A DNA stretch of 55,294 nt, the filler included, from Bipalium vagum (Eukaryota): assembly GCA_037834085.1 (NCBI GenBank). It is 3 parts of 3 records of this genome, joined end to end, with 100 filler letters (N's around TTAATTAATTAA, not from the genome) between each part and the next. Parts side by side here need not be neighbours in the genome. Positions count along the whole stretch, not along the records: positions 1 to 22,269 come from JBBMKC010224337.1; positions 22,370 to 39,607 come from JBBMKC010069862.1; 1 more part is not named here. One strand, written 5' to 3'. Both the position numbers and the translations under genes were made by a program. The notes beneath the pieces were generated by a model. That model was not told the origin of the DNA. It was given only the letters and a program-made list of their open reading frames with translations, and did no database searches. This document shows positions 13,701-24,215 of the stretch, piece by piece. Position 1 is the first letter of the stretch, and every line of letters starts with the position of its first letter.

Positions 13701-16700
13701 ATGATCTAATCATTTGTGTACAATCTACAGGTTGTTGTTCAAAACCTGAGTATTTGACGTTTCTTTATATTGTGCCTCTTTTTAAAGGAGCATAGCAATC
13801 CTTCTGAAAATTTAAAGTCCTCATCAATATTAAATTTTCTTTGCCTCTTCTCTAATCATTGCATCGGATATGATTGTTATCATTTCATATTTTAATACCC
13901 ATTCCAAAAGTGCTTTTTCGAGTTCTGGGTGCTTCACCTTTCTGTCCCTCATTCCATAATTCATCTTTATATCAATATCTAATCCATATTTTAAGATCTT
14001 AGAAATGATGGAGCGGTCTATATTTTTATGGAAATTTTTCTGTACCCAGATGGCCAATTGATTTAAATTTTTATTATTTTTAAAATATGATATTAATTTA
14101 CCCTTTTCAATAAACGTTAGTGCAATATTTTTTCTCGTTGATTTAGCATTTATTTTTTAAATAGAACTAAAAATGATTATTTAAACAAATATTGCGTAAT
14201 TATTTTTAAAATTATTTGAAAAATTATGGAATTTGTGAAAATACAGAGGTTTTTGTTAAAATTTTTAATGACAAAAATGTCCCAAAAGCTATTTGTGAAA
14301 TTATGCCGAGAGTGAAATTAACGGATGTGAAATTATACAGTGTTGACTGTAGTAATGATAATATCAATTACAAAATTAAATAGTCGGTAAACTTTAATAA
14401 TCAATAAATATTACATAATTATTAATATAAATCAGGTGTAAAATAATAATTTATATAAACTTAATAATTATAATAATAATAATAAATACCTGAATAAGGC
14501 AATTTGAGTTTCTTTCAATTTTTCATTCAGTTTTCGCCAATCGTTTTTCGAATCCCTCAAATCCGACTCCATCTGTTCACGATCGATTTTCATCATGTTC
14601 TCCAATTGTCCGATCTTTTCCTCACATTGCTCTTTGCATTGAGTCTTTTCCAATTTCTCCCGTTCCAAATTACCAACCAAAAGAGCCTTTTCTTGAGCAA
14701 ACTGATTTTCACGCGCCACATTGGCTTTCTGTAGTCTTTCCCTTTCCAATTCAAAATTGACGCGAATTGTTTTGTTTTGTTTACGATTTTCAACAATTTC
14801 TTTCTTCATTGATTCCATTTCATGCATTTTTTCATCGAGATTCGTTTGCAAATCGAAGATCTGTTGTTGAAAAACGCACCAAAACACAAAAAACCAAAAT
14901 CAATAAAATAAAACGATGATTGAAACACGATTGAAAAAAAAATTAAAATCGTTCCCTTCCAACTGCGAATGTTCTCTCTTTCAAAGAGGGTCGTGTTTAA
15001 CGAAATGAATTTCATTATCATGACAAATGGAGGTTTGTAAAACAAAACACAGAAACCAATCGATTAAATTCTTTCCCATATTATTACCTTGGCATTGAAT
15101 GCTTTCTCCATTTCGTGGACCTGGTCATCTCGTTCTTCTTCTACCCTATCGATCTTATCTGACAATTTCTTAATGGTCCCTTGTAAATGAACCTCGTTGT
15201 CATGGCTCTTCTTCAACAGACTATTGTACTTTTCCTTAAACTGGAGAGATTCTTGTTCCACGACTTTCCATTCTTCGCTTACTTTTTGATAATTTCTCAT
15301 TTCGTCTTGTATTATTGATTGAAGACTTTGTATTTTAATATTAAATTCTTCCTGTGAAATATTTATTATTATTATCGATTTAGAGATTTCTATGGGGATA
15401 AATAAAAGATATATATTTTATATATTTTGGGAGATTCGGACTTCTATCTAAGGAATTTTTTGGAAGAATTTATTACCAGAAAATCTATATTTGATCAATA
15501 TTTAAAGGAAAATGTTCTGAAAAAGTATCATAGAAAAATAGATTGTTATTGAAAATCGATAAAAGATCAATATTTGTTAAATCGACACAAATATTTATTT
15601 TGTATGGGAAAATCATTAAAAATGATCATTGACGGTTCTACCAAGTGTTTTGAGACTTGGTGTTCTGCGTCCTTCTCCAAAGAACATTTTCGTAAATCGA
15701 GGAGTTTTGTGAGATTTTCACATTATTATCGACTTTCTATTTATTATAAAAACAATTCCGCTATACGAATAAAAACTTTATCATTTTTAGACGCCCTTAT
15801 TAAACAAGTTCGTATAACGTATAAGGTTTAGAAATAAATATTTATCGAATATGCACCCAAGTCTTGATTTTTTCCTTTGAGAAAATATTCAAAATTGGTA
15901 GAAATTCATAAAAATATAAATTACAGAAAATAAATAAAACTTAGTGGTCCATAAGGAACAAGCTTTATGAAAAGAAAAATCGATAATTAATCAAAAATTA
16001 TGAGAAACTGCTCTTAGTTTAAAATGCATTAAAATTGTGTTGTTATTGATTGAAAGAATGAAATTCGGGTTTGAGAATTAACGAGAATTTAATATATAAT
16101 TTTAGATTAATCGACCAAAATCAATAATGCATCTTTTGCAAGAATATTAAGAATATATCAATGAAATAAAAAATATCTAGAAAAAACAATCAATAAAAAA
16201 TGTACTTTGGCTTTTGTCAATTCTTGGACTTTAGATTCCTTTTCATTGATTAAATTATCGATCTGGCTGTGGAGTAATTTCAAATTATCAATTTTATCGT
16301 CCACAATGGTCTGCATCGATTCCAACTGATTGGTCTTTTCCTTTTCGATTTTATCGATCTCGACTTGTTTACATCGATTTACGTGCTCCAAACTACCAAT
16401 AACGGAATTCAATTTTTCAATCGATATTTGAAAATCATCAATTTTCAATTTCATTTCATCGATTTTTTGTCGACCCACACAAATTTCTCCATCCTTTTCT
16501 CCAATGATTTTGACGCTTCGATCGATATCGATCTGCATAGCTCTGATCGATTGGTTCAATGTTTCAACAGTTTTTCTATTTTCATCTATTGTCTCTTCAA
16601 GAATCGATATTTTCAAAACTTGTTCACTCAAACAGGATTCCTTTTCACTATTGATTTCTTTCTGTAGTGACAATTGATCGCGCAACGATTCCATTTCTGT

Positions 16701-19700
16701 CGACCGTTCTAACAAATGTTGAGCAAGAAGACTTTTTTCCGCCTCAATCTCGTTCAGTTGCTCTTCGATTGTCCGATATTGACTTTCCAACGTACCAATA
16801 ACGGTTTCTTTCAGTCGTTTATCGATTTCTTCAAAACTTTGCTTTTCTTTCATCAGATCGATTTTTGATGTCATTTTCTGAATTTCCTGTGCTGCCGATC
16901 GATTAGATTCTTCAAATTTAACTTTCGATTTTTCAAACTCTTTCACCAATTCGTTGTGATCGATAATCAATTTCTGATAGAGACCATCTATTTCCATCAA
17001 ATAATCGTTTCGTGCTTTTTGGTCCGATTGATTTTTTCTCATTTCTTCCAATAATAGCTCTAATCCCGAAACCCTCTCTTTCTCGCCAGCCAGTTCAAGG
17101 ATTTTTTCATTTAAATATCGACTTTTTTTGTCCAGCTCCTCTCGCACGCAAACAAGTTCCTCCTTAATGTTAGATATTGTTTCCTGATATTTCTGTGACT
17201 CGCTTTCTTTCATAACCATTTCATCGTTTTGTCGGCACAATTTCCCACTAGTTTCTTCCAATTGTTCAAGGATTTTGGCATTGATTTTATAGGATGTTTT
17301 CAATTCTGCTGTCAATGTATCGATTTTTTCTTCACAACTCACAATTTGTTGATCGAGATCTTGGATCTGTTCCGCTTTGTTTCTTTCCCAATCGATTGCG
17401 TTAAGTTCAATTGTCGATTGCAATTGTGATATCGATTTTTCACTTTTATGTAATTTCGACTGCAGATCGTTCAAAATTTCGTCGTAACCACCCGCTTCAC
17501 GTTCAATGGTCAACAGTCGATCATTCAGTTCCTTTGCTATTAGTTTTTCATGGCTTAACTCCCGTTCTTTAATGAACAATTGGTGCTCGTGATCTCGTTT
17601 CATTTTGTCCAGTTTTAGTTCCATAGCACTTTCAATTGCCAATCGATCACAATTGTGCTTTTCCAACAACTCATTTTTCGCTTCCGATAATCGATTTATG
17701 GTGACTTGTTGCTGCTGTGATTGCGATTCAAATTTCAATTTCATCAACTCAATATTGTGCTCATATTGATCAACGGTCTCCTGATATCGGAAATTGAGTT
17801 CTCCTGTTTCCATTTTGATTTTTTCCAATTCCCTTTCCAAACAATCAATTTCCACCAGCTTTCCACGGAAATCACGGATTGTTTCGTTTTGAATCAATTG
17901 AGATTGGATTCGGGCAGAATTTCTCAAATTTTCCAAATCGATTTTCAATTCGCTAACACTATCCGTAAACATTTTTCCAATCGTTATCATTTGGGCTGTC
18001 AATTTTTCAATCTTATTGTCACGGTGTCGTCTTTGTTCTCTCAATTTCTCATCAATCCATTTCCCAAGACTTTCTATATCTTTTTCCTCAACAGATCGAT
18101 CGATTCCGTAGTCTTCTCCTTCACCATCATTATCATCCAATAGAAACCGTTTAATATTCTCAACCAATCGTTCGTATTGATCTATTTTCATGTTGAAATG
18201 ATTCATCTGTGAATGAATTCGTTTTTCCTTGTCCAAAACATTTTCTAATTCATCCCCCAAAAGCTTCCGTTCATTCGTTAATTGGAACACGATGTTCTGA
18301 TAATGGGACACACTTGAGTCCATTTCGTCGAATATCGATTGTAAATCTTTGAAAATTTCTTCTGTTAATCGATCATTCACGTCATCCATTGGCTCATCGA
18401 TTGTTTCATTAATATCCCTAGAAATCTTTTTCCTTTTCAGTAATAAAAAAAAATAATTTAATAATAATAATTATCCATGAAAATCACTTTTTCAAGGTAT
18501 AACAAAGCCGAGCCAATTTCTTTTGGTCGTCATTTATCATTTCGAATTTTGCATTGGTTTCGCAAAGTTTGTTATTGAGATCTTCCAATTGTCTGGTAAC
18601 GGACTCGTAGAGGTCTTTAGATACAGTTCCTTCTTTCAACAAAGCCAATTCACTTTTCAATTCATCTCGTTCCATTTCCACAACTGCAGACATGCACTCG
18701 GGATTGAAATACGACGAGTTCAAAGACATGTCTGCAAGAGTTACAAAATGGATAATTAATGAAACCGTTTTAAAAACGAAAAATCATTATAGAATCAATT
18801 ATGATATCAGTTTGTGTAGTATGAAATTTTTAGGTAATGAAATTACCAACTTTAACTGTTTTTTATTTGTTATCGGCTTGATATTTTACCATTGTTTTTT
18901 GCGTTGGTAAATTATATATCTGTCTTGTTTGAAAATATCATTTTAATTTGTCATATTTATTTGTAATTTATTAAACTTTGTTTTTCATTTTACAAATTTC
19001 ATACAACACAACCTGATATTAAAAAGATATGAAAGAGAAAGAGAGAAAATGGGAGGCTGAGATTGAAAAAATGTCTTTAAAAGAGAAACATAAAGAATGG
19101 ACAGAGAGATCGAGAGGGTGGAAGAGAAATAGACTGAATTAAAGAGAAAGATTTAGAAAAGTCGAGAAGAAGAAAAGAATCAATAGATTATTTTGAATTG
19201 ACTTTTAATAAAAAAAATCAATATATCAAAATAAATTGAAAAACGATGGTTTTAACCTGACAAACTGTCGATATTGGAATGTCGTTGTTGTAAACTTTGC
19301 ACGTGACTTTGCAGTTCCATCAATTGTGATTCGGTTTCTGATAATCGATTTTTCGTTTCCGTCAATTCCGAGACCATGGTCTTGTAATTATTTATGTCCA
19401 CCATGAGATTTTCGATTTTAACTCGTCGATCAATAGCCAATGCTTTGAAGTGGCTGGATTCCCGATTCTGCAATGAAAGGAAGAGTTCATTATTGAATAA
19501 AATATCGATCGGTTCATCACAATTGAAAAAAGTCACCTCAATTTTCAAGAGTTTATTTTCTTCACATTTCGACTCTAATTGAGAACTCAGTGTTTGGATC
19601 TCGTTCGATTTGTCCTGCCAATCCTTCAGCTTTTCTTCCAATCTAATTGAAAAGGGTTGAAAATTTATCGATACCACATATTGAGAAATCAATAAAATCG

Positions 19701-21441
19701 TTGAAAGTTAAATAATATTTCTGAATATTATTATCGATTATTTTATTTAACATGTTTGCAATAAATAACAAATTTAAATCAATGAAAAATCGTTATTATA
19801 ATTATTATTTTTAAAGGAAGAACATCTCAAACCTTTTGTTTTGATAAGTTAAATGTTGAAGTCGTTCGATTTCTTCTCTTTTCTCCATGAGCAAATCGTC
19901 TTTGGAGTGAATTTCTGATTTCAATTGCCTCATTTCTTTTTCCAAGGTACGATACTTTTGGATCCAACCCTGCAATGTTCGATCCATCTCTGTTTCCACG
20001 CTCGTGTTCAGGAACAATTGATGTTCAAGCTGTTTTACGTTCTTTTCCAATTCGCGGTTGGTTTTCATCAAACTCTGAATTCAAATATCAATAAAATCTT
20101 TAAGGAAAACTAATGTTACTTTGCCCTGAAACGTTGGCGACTTGACATGATTGACCAAATTAGCGCTTGATGGCGGCGAAAGAGAGGAAAACGAATTGTT
20201 TCTGTCGTTGACATTTGGGAAAATTTCGTACGATTGAGAAGCCTTCATTTCCTGGTGAACCTTTTTCTTGTGGGCAGTGATAAACCTGTCATTGTCCAAA
20301 TGGGACAAATGCCTTTCTCTGATCGGTGAAAAGTAACTCGTTTGATTTTCCTTGTCTGTAATGAAAAGAAAGCGTCATTTTGAAAATTGCGATTATTTTT
20401 CAATAATTTTCGGTGAATCAAAACTTTTTTATAGTGAGAATTAGAAGACCACAAAAAATCATTCACGTTCCATCAAAAATTAAAATATAATAATAATAAT
20501 AATAAATAATATTGATATTCATTATAATATAAACTGGTATAATTTATCGACTGAATAAGCCTCAATATTGAAAATCGATAATTGACTTTAAACGTCAGAT
20601 CTATATAAACTGCCAATCAATAATCACGAACTCAAATAACTTGACAACTTTGGAATGGAGATCGCGTCAAATCGACATTGTTTATAATAATCGAACTAAT
20701 CAGTCAATTGTTGATTTTATTGATGAAACAGTAAGAAAAAAACTTTATTAAAGAATTTTCAAATAAATAAATTATTAATTTTCAGATTTAAGCGATCAGA
20801 TCAAGTTTATTGAAATCCTAGTTTTTTTAACAAGTTGAAAAATTAAATTTACTTATTGATCATTTTTTAAAATCAATATTTTATATTATTATTACCGTTC
20901 ACCATTAAGGCACTTTCCACGTCTTCTTCAGTAATTGAAACTTTCTCGTTATGTTTGGCTATAAAAGGTCTAAACATGACCGAAACGTTCTTCTGGAAAT
21001 GTTTTGGGATATTGTCGCTGAGTTTTATGAGATTGGTCGATGTATTGTTATCATCTTCGTCACCAATCAATATATTGACAACAATACATAACAATAATAT
21101 CTTAATATTATCTGAATTAATTAATATTGTTGAAAGGATGTGCATTTACTTTCGACAGTTCAAAATCTGATAAATTGTCTTTATTTCCTAAGTCTAAAAC
21201 ATCTTCAATGCTTGTCATGAAAATATCTGAATAAAATCTAAAATGTTTTAATTTCAGCTTCCCATTACTAACCTGATAATTTTTCTATCAAATTATCGAT
21301 GTCTAGTTTTAAGCTTGGTTGGTTTATAATTTTGAAAAACAATGACAGGTTTTTAAATGATGAAAATCCTTTAATGTCACATTCTAAAATATTTTCGGCA
21401 CAATACAATAAGCATTGCATATTTTCTTCGTTTACTGGCAT
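7526..21441 (-). CDS. NUMA1: NuMA-like (NuMA/Mud/LIN-5 family) large coiled-coil mitotic protein, 19 coding exons, about 2104 aa
   Basis: Hand-built exons, all GT-AG and phase-compatible: 21441-21273, 21226-21150, 21100-20896, 20355-20120, 20074-19833, 19642-19537, 19467-19257, 18731-18488, 18417-16206, 15351-15088, 14860-14490, 11872-11833, 11774-11484, 11391-11172, 11121-11045, 10820-10689, 10476-10365, 10224-9335, 7741-7526 (6315 nt). The N-terminus (MPVNEENMQCLLYC..SLFFKIIN..SDFELSKILLL..FQKNVSVMFRPFI..EEDVESAL) resembles the NuMA Hook domain as I recall it. It is followed by a long E/K/L/Q-rich heptad region and a low-complexity tail with TPLKKRK, RKRK and TPKRK. The gene structure is well supported; the orthology is an inference. 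Confidence 0.7.
8031..9296 (+). mobile_element. Full-length decayed mariner (DD34D) in the last intron of the NuMA-like gene
   Basis: Imperfect TIRs TATCAGGTAA.../...TTACCTGATA with TA flanks; 1266 bp. Motifs W(F)PHQL, IVTCDEKWIY, FHQNNAKPH, HPPYNPDIAPSDFHLF; frameshifts present. Confidence 0.93.
9335..10224 (-). CDS. C-terminal tail exon of the NuMA-like gene (disordered, NLS and CDK motifs)
   Basis: 297-aa ORF. Acceptor tctag at 10224, with an in-frame alternative AAG acceptor at 10167. Donor CAG|gtaa at 9335. Motifs YTCEDE, TPLKKRK, DLDELRQR, SRKRKQK. Confidence 0.85.
12125..13342 (+). mobile_element. Decayed Tc1 (DD34E) element, intronic
   Basis: VIFTDESTF, VWGGI, FLQKDSVPFH and PSNSPDLNFIENCW motifs. 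Right end ...GGCCACTACTG+TA; left TIR not identified. Confidence 0.88.
13427..14349 (-). mobile_element. Internally deleted pogo/Tigger element, intronic
   Basis: 22-bp perfect TIR CAGTCAACACTGTATAATTTCA with TA TSDs. CENP-B-type HTH ORF (HPELEKALLEWV..ISDAMIREEAK); no intact DDE. Confidence 0.9.
16206..18417 (-). CDS. 2.2-kb central coiled-coil exon of the NuMA-like gene
   Basis: 743-aa ORF in the track. Acceptor ttctag|G at 18417, donor AAA|gtacat at 16206. Heptad-rich, with almost no proline. Confidence 0.93.
19020..19180 (+). repeat. Purine-rich (GA/GAAA) low-complexity tract in an intron
   Basis: Degenerate (GA)n/(GAAA)n run visible directly. Confidence 0.6.
20896..21441 (-). CDS. Exons 1-3 of the NuMA-like gene: Hook/CH-like N-terminal domain (about 150 aa)
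   Basis: ATG at 21441. Introns of 46 nt (21272-21227) and 49 nt (21149-21101, AAG acceptor). Exon 3 ends in phase 1 (G|gtaata) and joins 20355 to give ..VN-D-KENQ. Confidence 0.7.
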
Positions 21442-22269
21442 AGTTAATGGAATTAACTATGAATATTATTTTTAAAATATTTGACAAAATATAAATTCTT
21501 CTGTTAAAATCAAAATTAATTTTCAAAAAATTATACTTTGATTTATTAAAACAATTTTAAAGTCAAAATAAAGAATCTTATGAAACTTATTGATAAATTG
21601 CTTAATATACTTTTTAGATGTCTTAGATTTTCGGAAAATATAAACTTTATAGGAAAAAATTCACACATTATCCTAAAAAATCGAGAAAAATAGAATTTGG
21701 TTTTTAAATATTAGATAAATGAAAATGTATGAAATTAATTGTTAAAATTCTTTTTATATGATCTTTAAAAATTGTTTTTAGAATTTTTTTTGGATCTCTT
21801 TCAATTAAAGAACTATATTTTAAGTTTGATAAAAATTATTGGTTGAAGGCAAAAAAAATCAAAAATAATAGTATGAATAATATTTAATTAAAAGATATTA
21901 TATATATCTCAAAATTAAAATCCTGCCAAAAATAATTGAAGTATTCGGAAAAAAAAACTATTCAATTTCTTATTAGAAATAATTTTTCCTGAATCAATTA
22001 GATGCACAGTGGGTTAATATATAAACTAGGTGCCTGAAATTTTGAAAATTTTATTGGAAAATTTATTTTTTGGAAATTTAATTTTGAAAATTTTTTAATT
22101 TCTTAGATTTAGAGAACGAAATACGGTCCTCTTTAGGGTCACATTTCATGACTGTTGATAATAAAAAAGTAATATATTTTTTCAGAAATCATATTGTGGA
22201 GGCTACGACCAAAACCTCAAAACCCTCTTCCAAAAACCACAAAGGTGCCGTTACCATCAAAGTCAAGTG

Positions 22270-22369
22270 NNNNNNNNNNNNNNNNNNNNNNNNNNNNNNN
22301 NNNNNNNNNNNNNTTAATTAATTAANNNNNNNNNNNNNNNNNNNNNNNNNNNNNNNNNNNNNNNNNNNN
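22270..22369. other. Assembly gap spacer (44 N + TTAATTAATTAA + 44 N)
   Basis: Artificial linker with stops in all six frames; identical to the one at 39608. Confidence 0.97.
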
Positions 22370-22444
22370 GTGTACGGAATTAAATGTTCAAATAAAAGAG
22401 GTGTTCAGCTAACAAAGGTGTTCATTTATGCAGGTTTCACTGTA
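22370..22444. mobile_element. End of a pogo/Tigger-like MITE inserted in the Gypsy protease region
   Basis: Repeated AGGTGTTCA motifs and terminus GCAGGTTTCACTG+TA next to the gap. Confidence 0.5.
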
Positions 22445-23930
22445 TGAGCATCTGTTTTATCAATTGTATCGTCTGTGATTTTGCATAGTTGGAACCCGAA
22501 TGTTCTTTGACAATAGTCTACTGCCACTGTGAAGCTGAACCGTTCTGTTCTTCCCCCAATTTTGATCTCAATCATCACATTTCCTAAAGTTTTCAACATC
22601 GTATTATTCGCGCATTTTAATCTTACATCTGTGCTTTGGAGATACACGTTTCTAAGTGTGCTGTAAACTTTGTCGTTCAGTACCTTTATTCGAGCTCCTG
22701 TATTCAATAGACATTCGTAAATTCTTCCCTGTATTTCAATTTCTGTGCTAGGTCGTCCTTGCATTTTGTCGTAGGTAATTCTCGCCTGATCCCATTCCTT
22801 GATTGTCACAATTTCTGTCTCTTCTTCCTTGTCAGGCCCGTTTTTCTTTAAGAATTTATGAAGTTTCCATATCATCTCTGCTTCTTCCGCTCTACTCTCC
22901 GCGACGCGACCTTCCTTGTGAGTAACACCTATGCCGTTTAATATGAGGCTCATATCACCTCGTCTTTGGAAGGAGTCCTTCCATTTGGGGAATTGTCCCT
23001 GCTTTCCTTATTATTTTTTCTTCGTCTTCACTGCCGTTATAGTTCGTACCGTCGAAGTTTCTGAATTTGTCTGCATTAACAGCTGTAATAGTGCTATTAA
23101 TTCTGCTCGTCAAATTTCTTCGAATTCCTCTATTATCCTTGAAAAGAATACCTTTTTGTTCATGGTCAAATCTAGATTCTCTTATCTTTCTCTTTGTCCA
23201 GTCGGTAGTTTGACATCCTTCTGCAGTGTGGCCCTTAAGCGTACATTTTTCAAATTTACCTTGTTACAAAATCTTCTAATATGCTCTGTTGACCCGCAAG
23301 CGTAACATTCTCGTTTCTTTGTTGGACAGTTTCGTCTAATGTGTCCAACTTTATTGCAACCAAAACACGTAGGTTCAACGTATCTGTCGTACCAACTTCT
23401 GTATTGTATCCTAGGCCTTGAATAATCTGGGTGACTGTTTCCCTGTCTGTGGTTGTTGACAGCTATTGTGACATCTCTGTAGCTTCTTCTATGGTCTCCT
23501 TTTCTTCAATTCTGTCCAGATTTCTGATAAGCTGGATGATGGTTTCCGAGTCCTTAATGTTTTGCATTGTGATACTTTTCTTTATTTCCTTGTTGTTGCT
23601 AAATTAAAGCAAAACGTCCTTTCTTACTTCTTCTATGTCCGTGTGTGATATGAGAGCATTTTCTTGCTTGTCATCTTCTTCTACAAAAGAATCAACATCT
23701 TCGTCTACTGCCTTAAATGATAGGATTTTCCCAATATCCTTTATGATTGAATTATCTTCTTTAAAAATGCTCCTCAGCCACTCTTCATATCCTCGCTCAT
23801 CTTTGTTCTTCTCGTATCTGGTTCTGAGGGAATCGTCTAAAAGACCCACTATCACCAGGTCTCTTGTGGATTTTGTAACGCCAGCCGCATCAAAGTATTT
23901 CTTGATTGATCGATAAATCTCTCAATGTCA
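22445..23930 (-). mobile_element. Ty3/Gypsy LTR retrotransposon gag-protease pseudogene
   Basis: Two CCHC knuckles (CFGCNKVGHIRRNC, CYACGSTEHIRRFC, about 23370-23270) and an aspartic protease motif CLLNTGA (catalytic D changed to N); frameshifts and stops present. Confidence 0.88.
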
Positions 23931-23983
23931 TAGAGAATTTCTATATGATTTTAAAGATCAAAAACTGGAAAATCGTATTCTCT

Positions 23984-24215
23984 TGTTAAAGGACCTAACT
24001 TAATGTAAGATTTTCTAATCAGATTACAGAACATAAGATTTTACACTGGATTTTGTTGTCGAGCGAGTCGAAAGTTAATACAGCTGTGATTTGGATATTT
24101 ATTCGATAGTGCTTAAGATAAAATTTTAATAGAAATTTGATAGGTAGTCTTTCAAAGTCTCAAAGAATAAAATATGAAGTCTCATCAAAGTTAATGAGAT
24201 ATTTGAGTCCTTACA
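23984..24215. mobile_element. Possible LTR next to the Gypsy relic
   Basis: TG...CA ends with a short imperfect inverted repeat (TGTTAAAGGAC / GTCCTTACA). No clear PBS. Confidence 0.35.

Noticed and set aside
9369-20113. Many plus-strand ORFs overlapping the coiled-coil exons (e.g. 9369, 11404, 16365, 17721)
   Set aside because: Antisense shadows of the minus-strand coding exons.
22007-22014. CACAGTGG resembling a Transib TIR or RSS heptamer
   Set aside because: Single short match with no partner end or transposase; next to a gap.
22314-22325. TTAATTAATTAA palindrome within N runs (also at 39652-39663)
   Set aside because: Artificial scaffolding spacer with identical 44N-12-44N layout; not biological.
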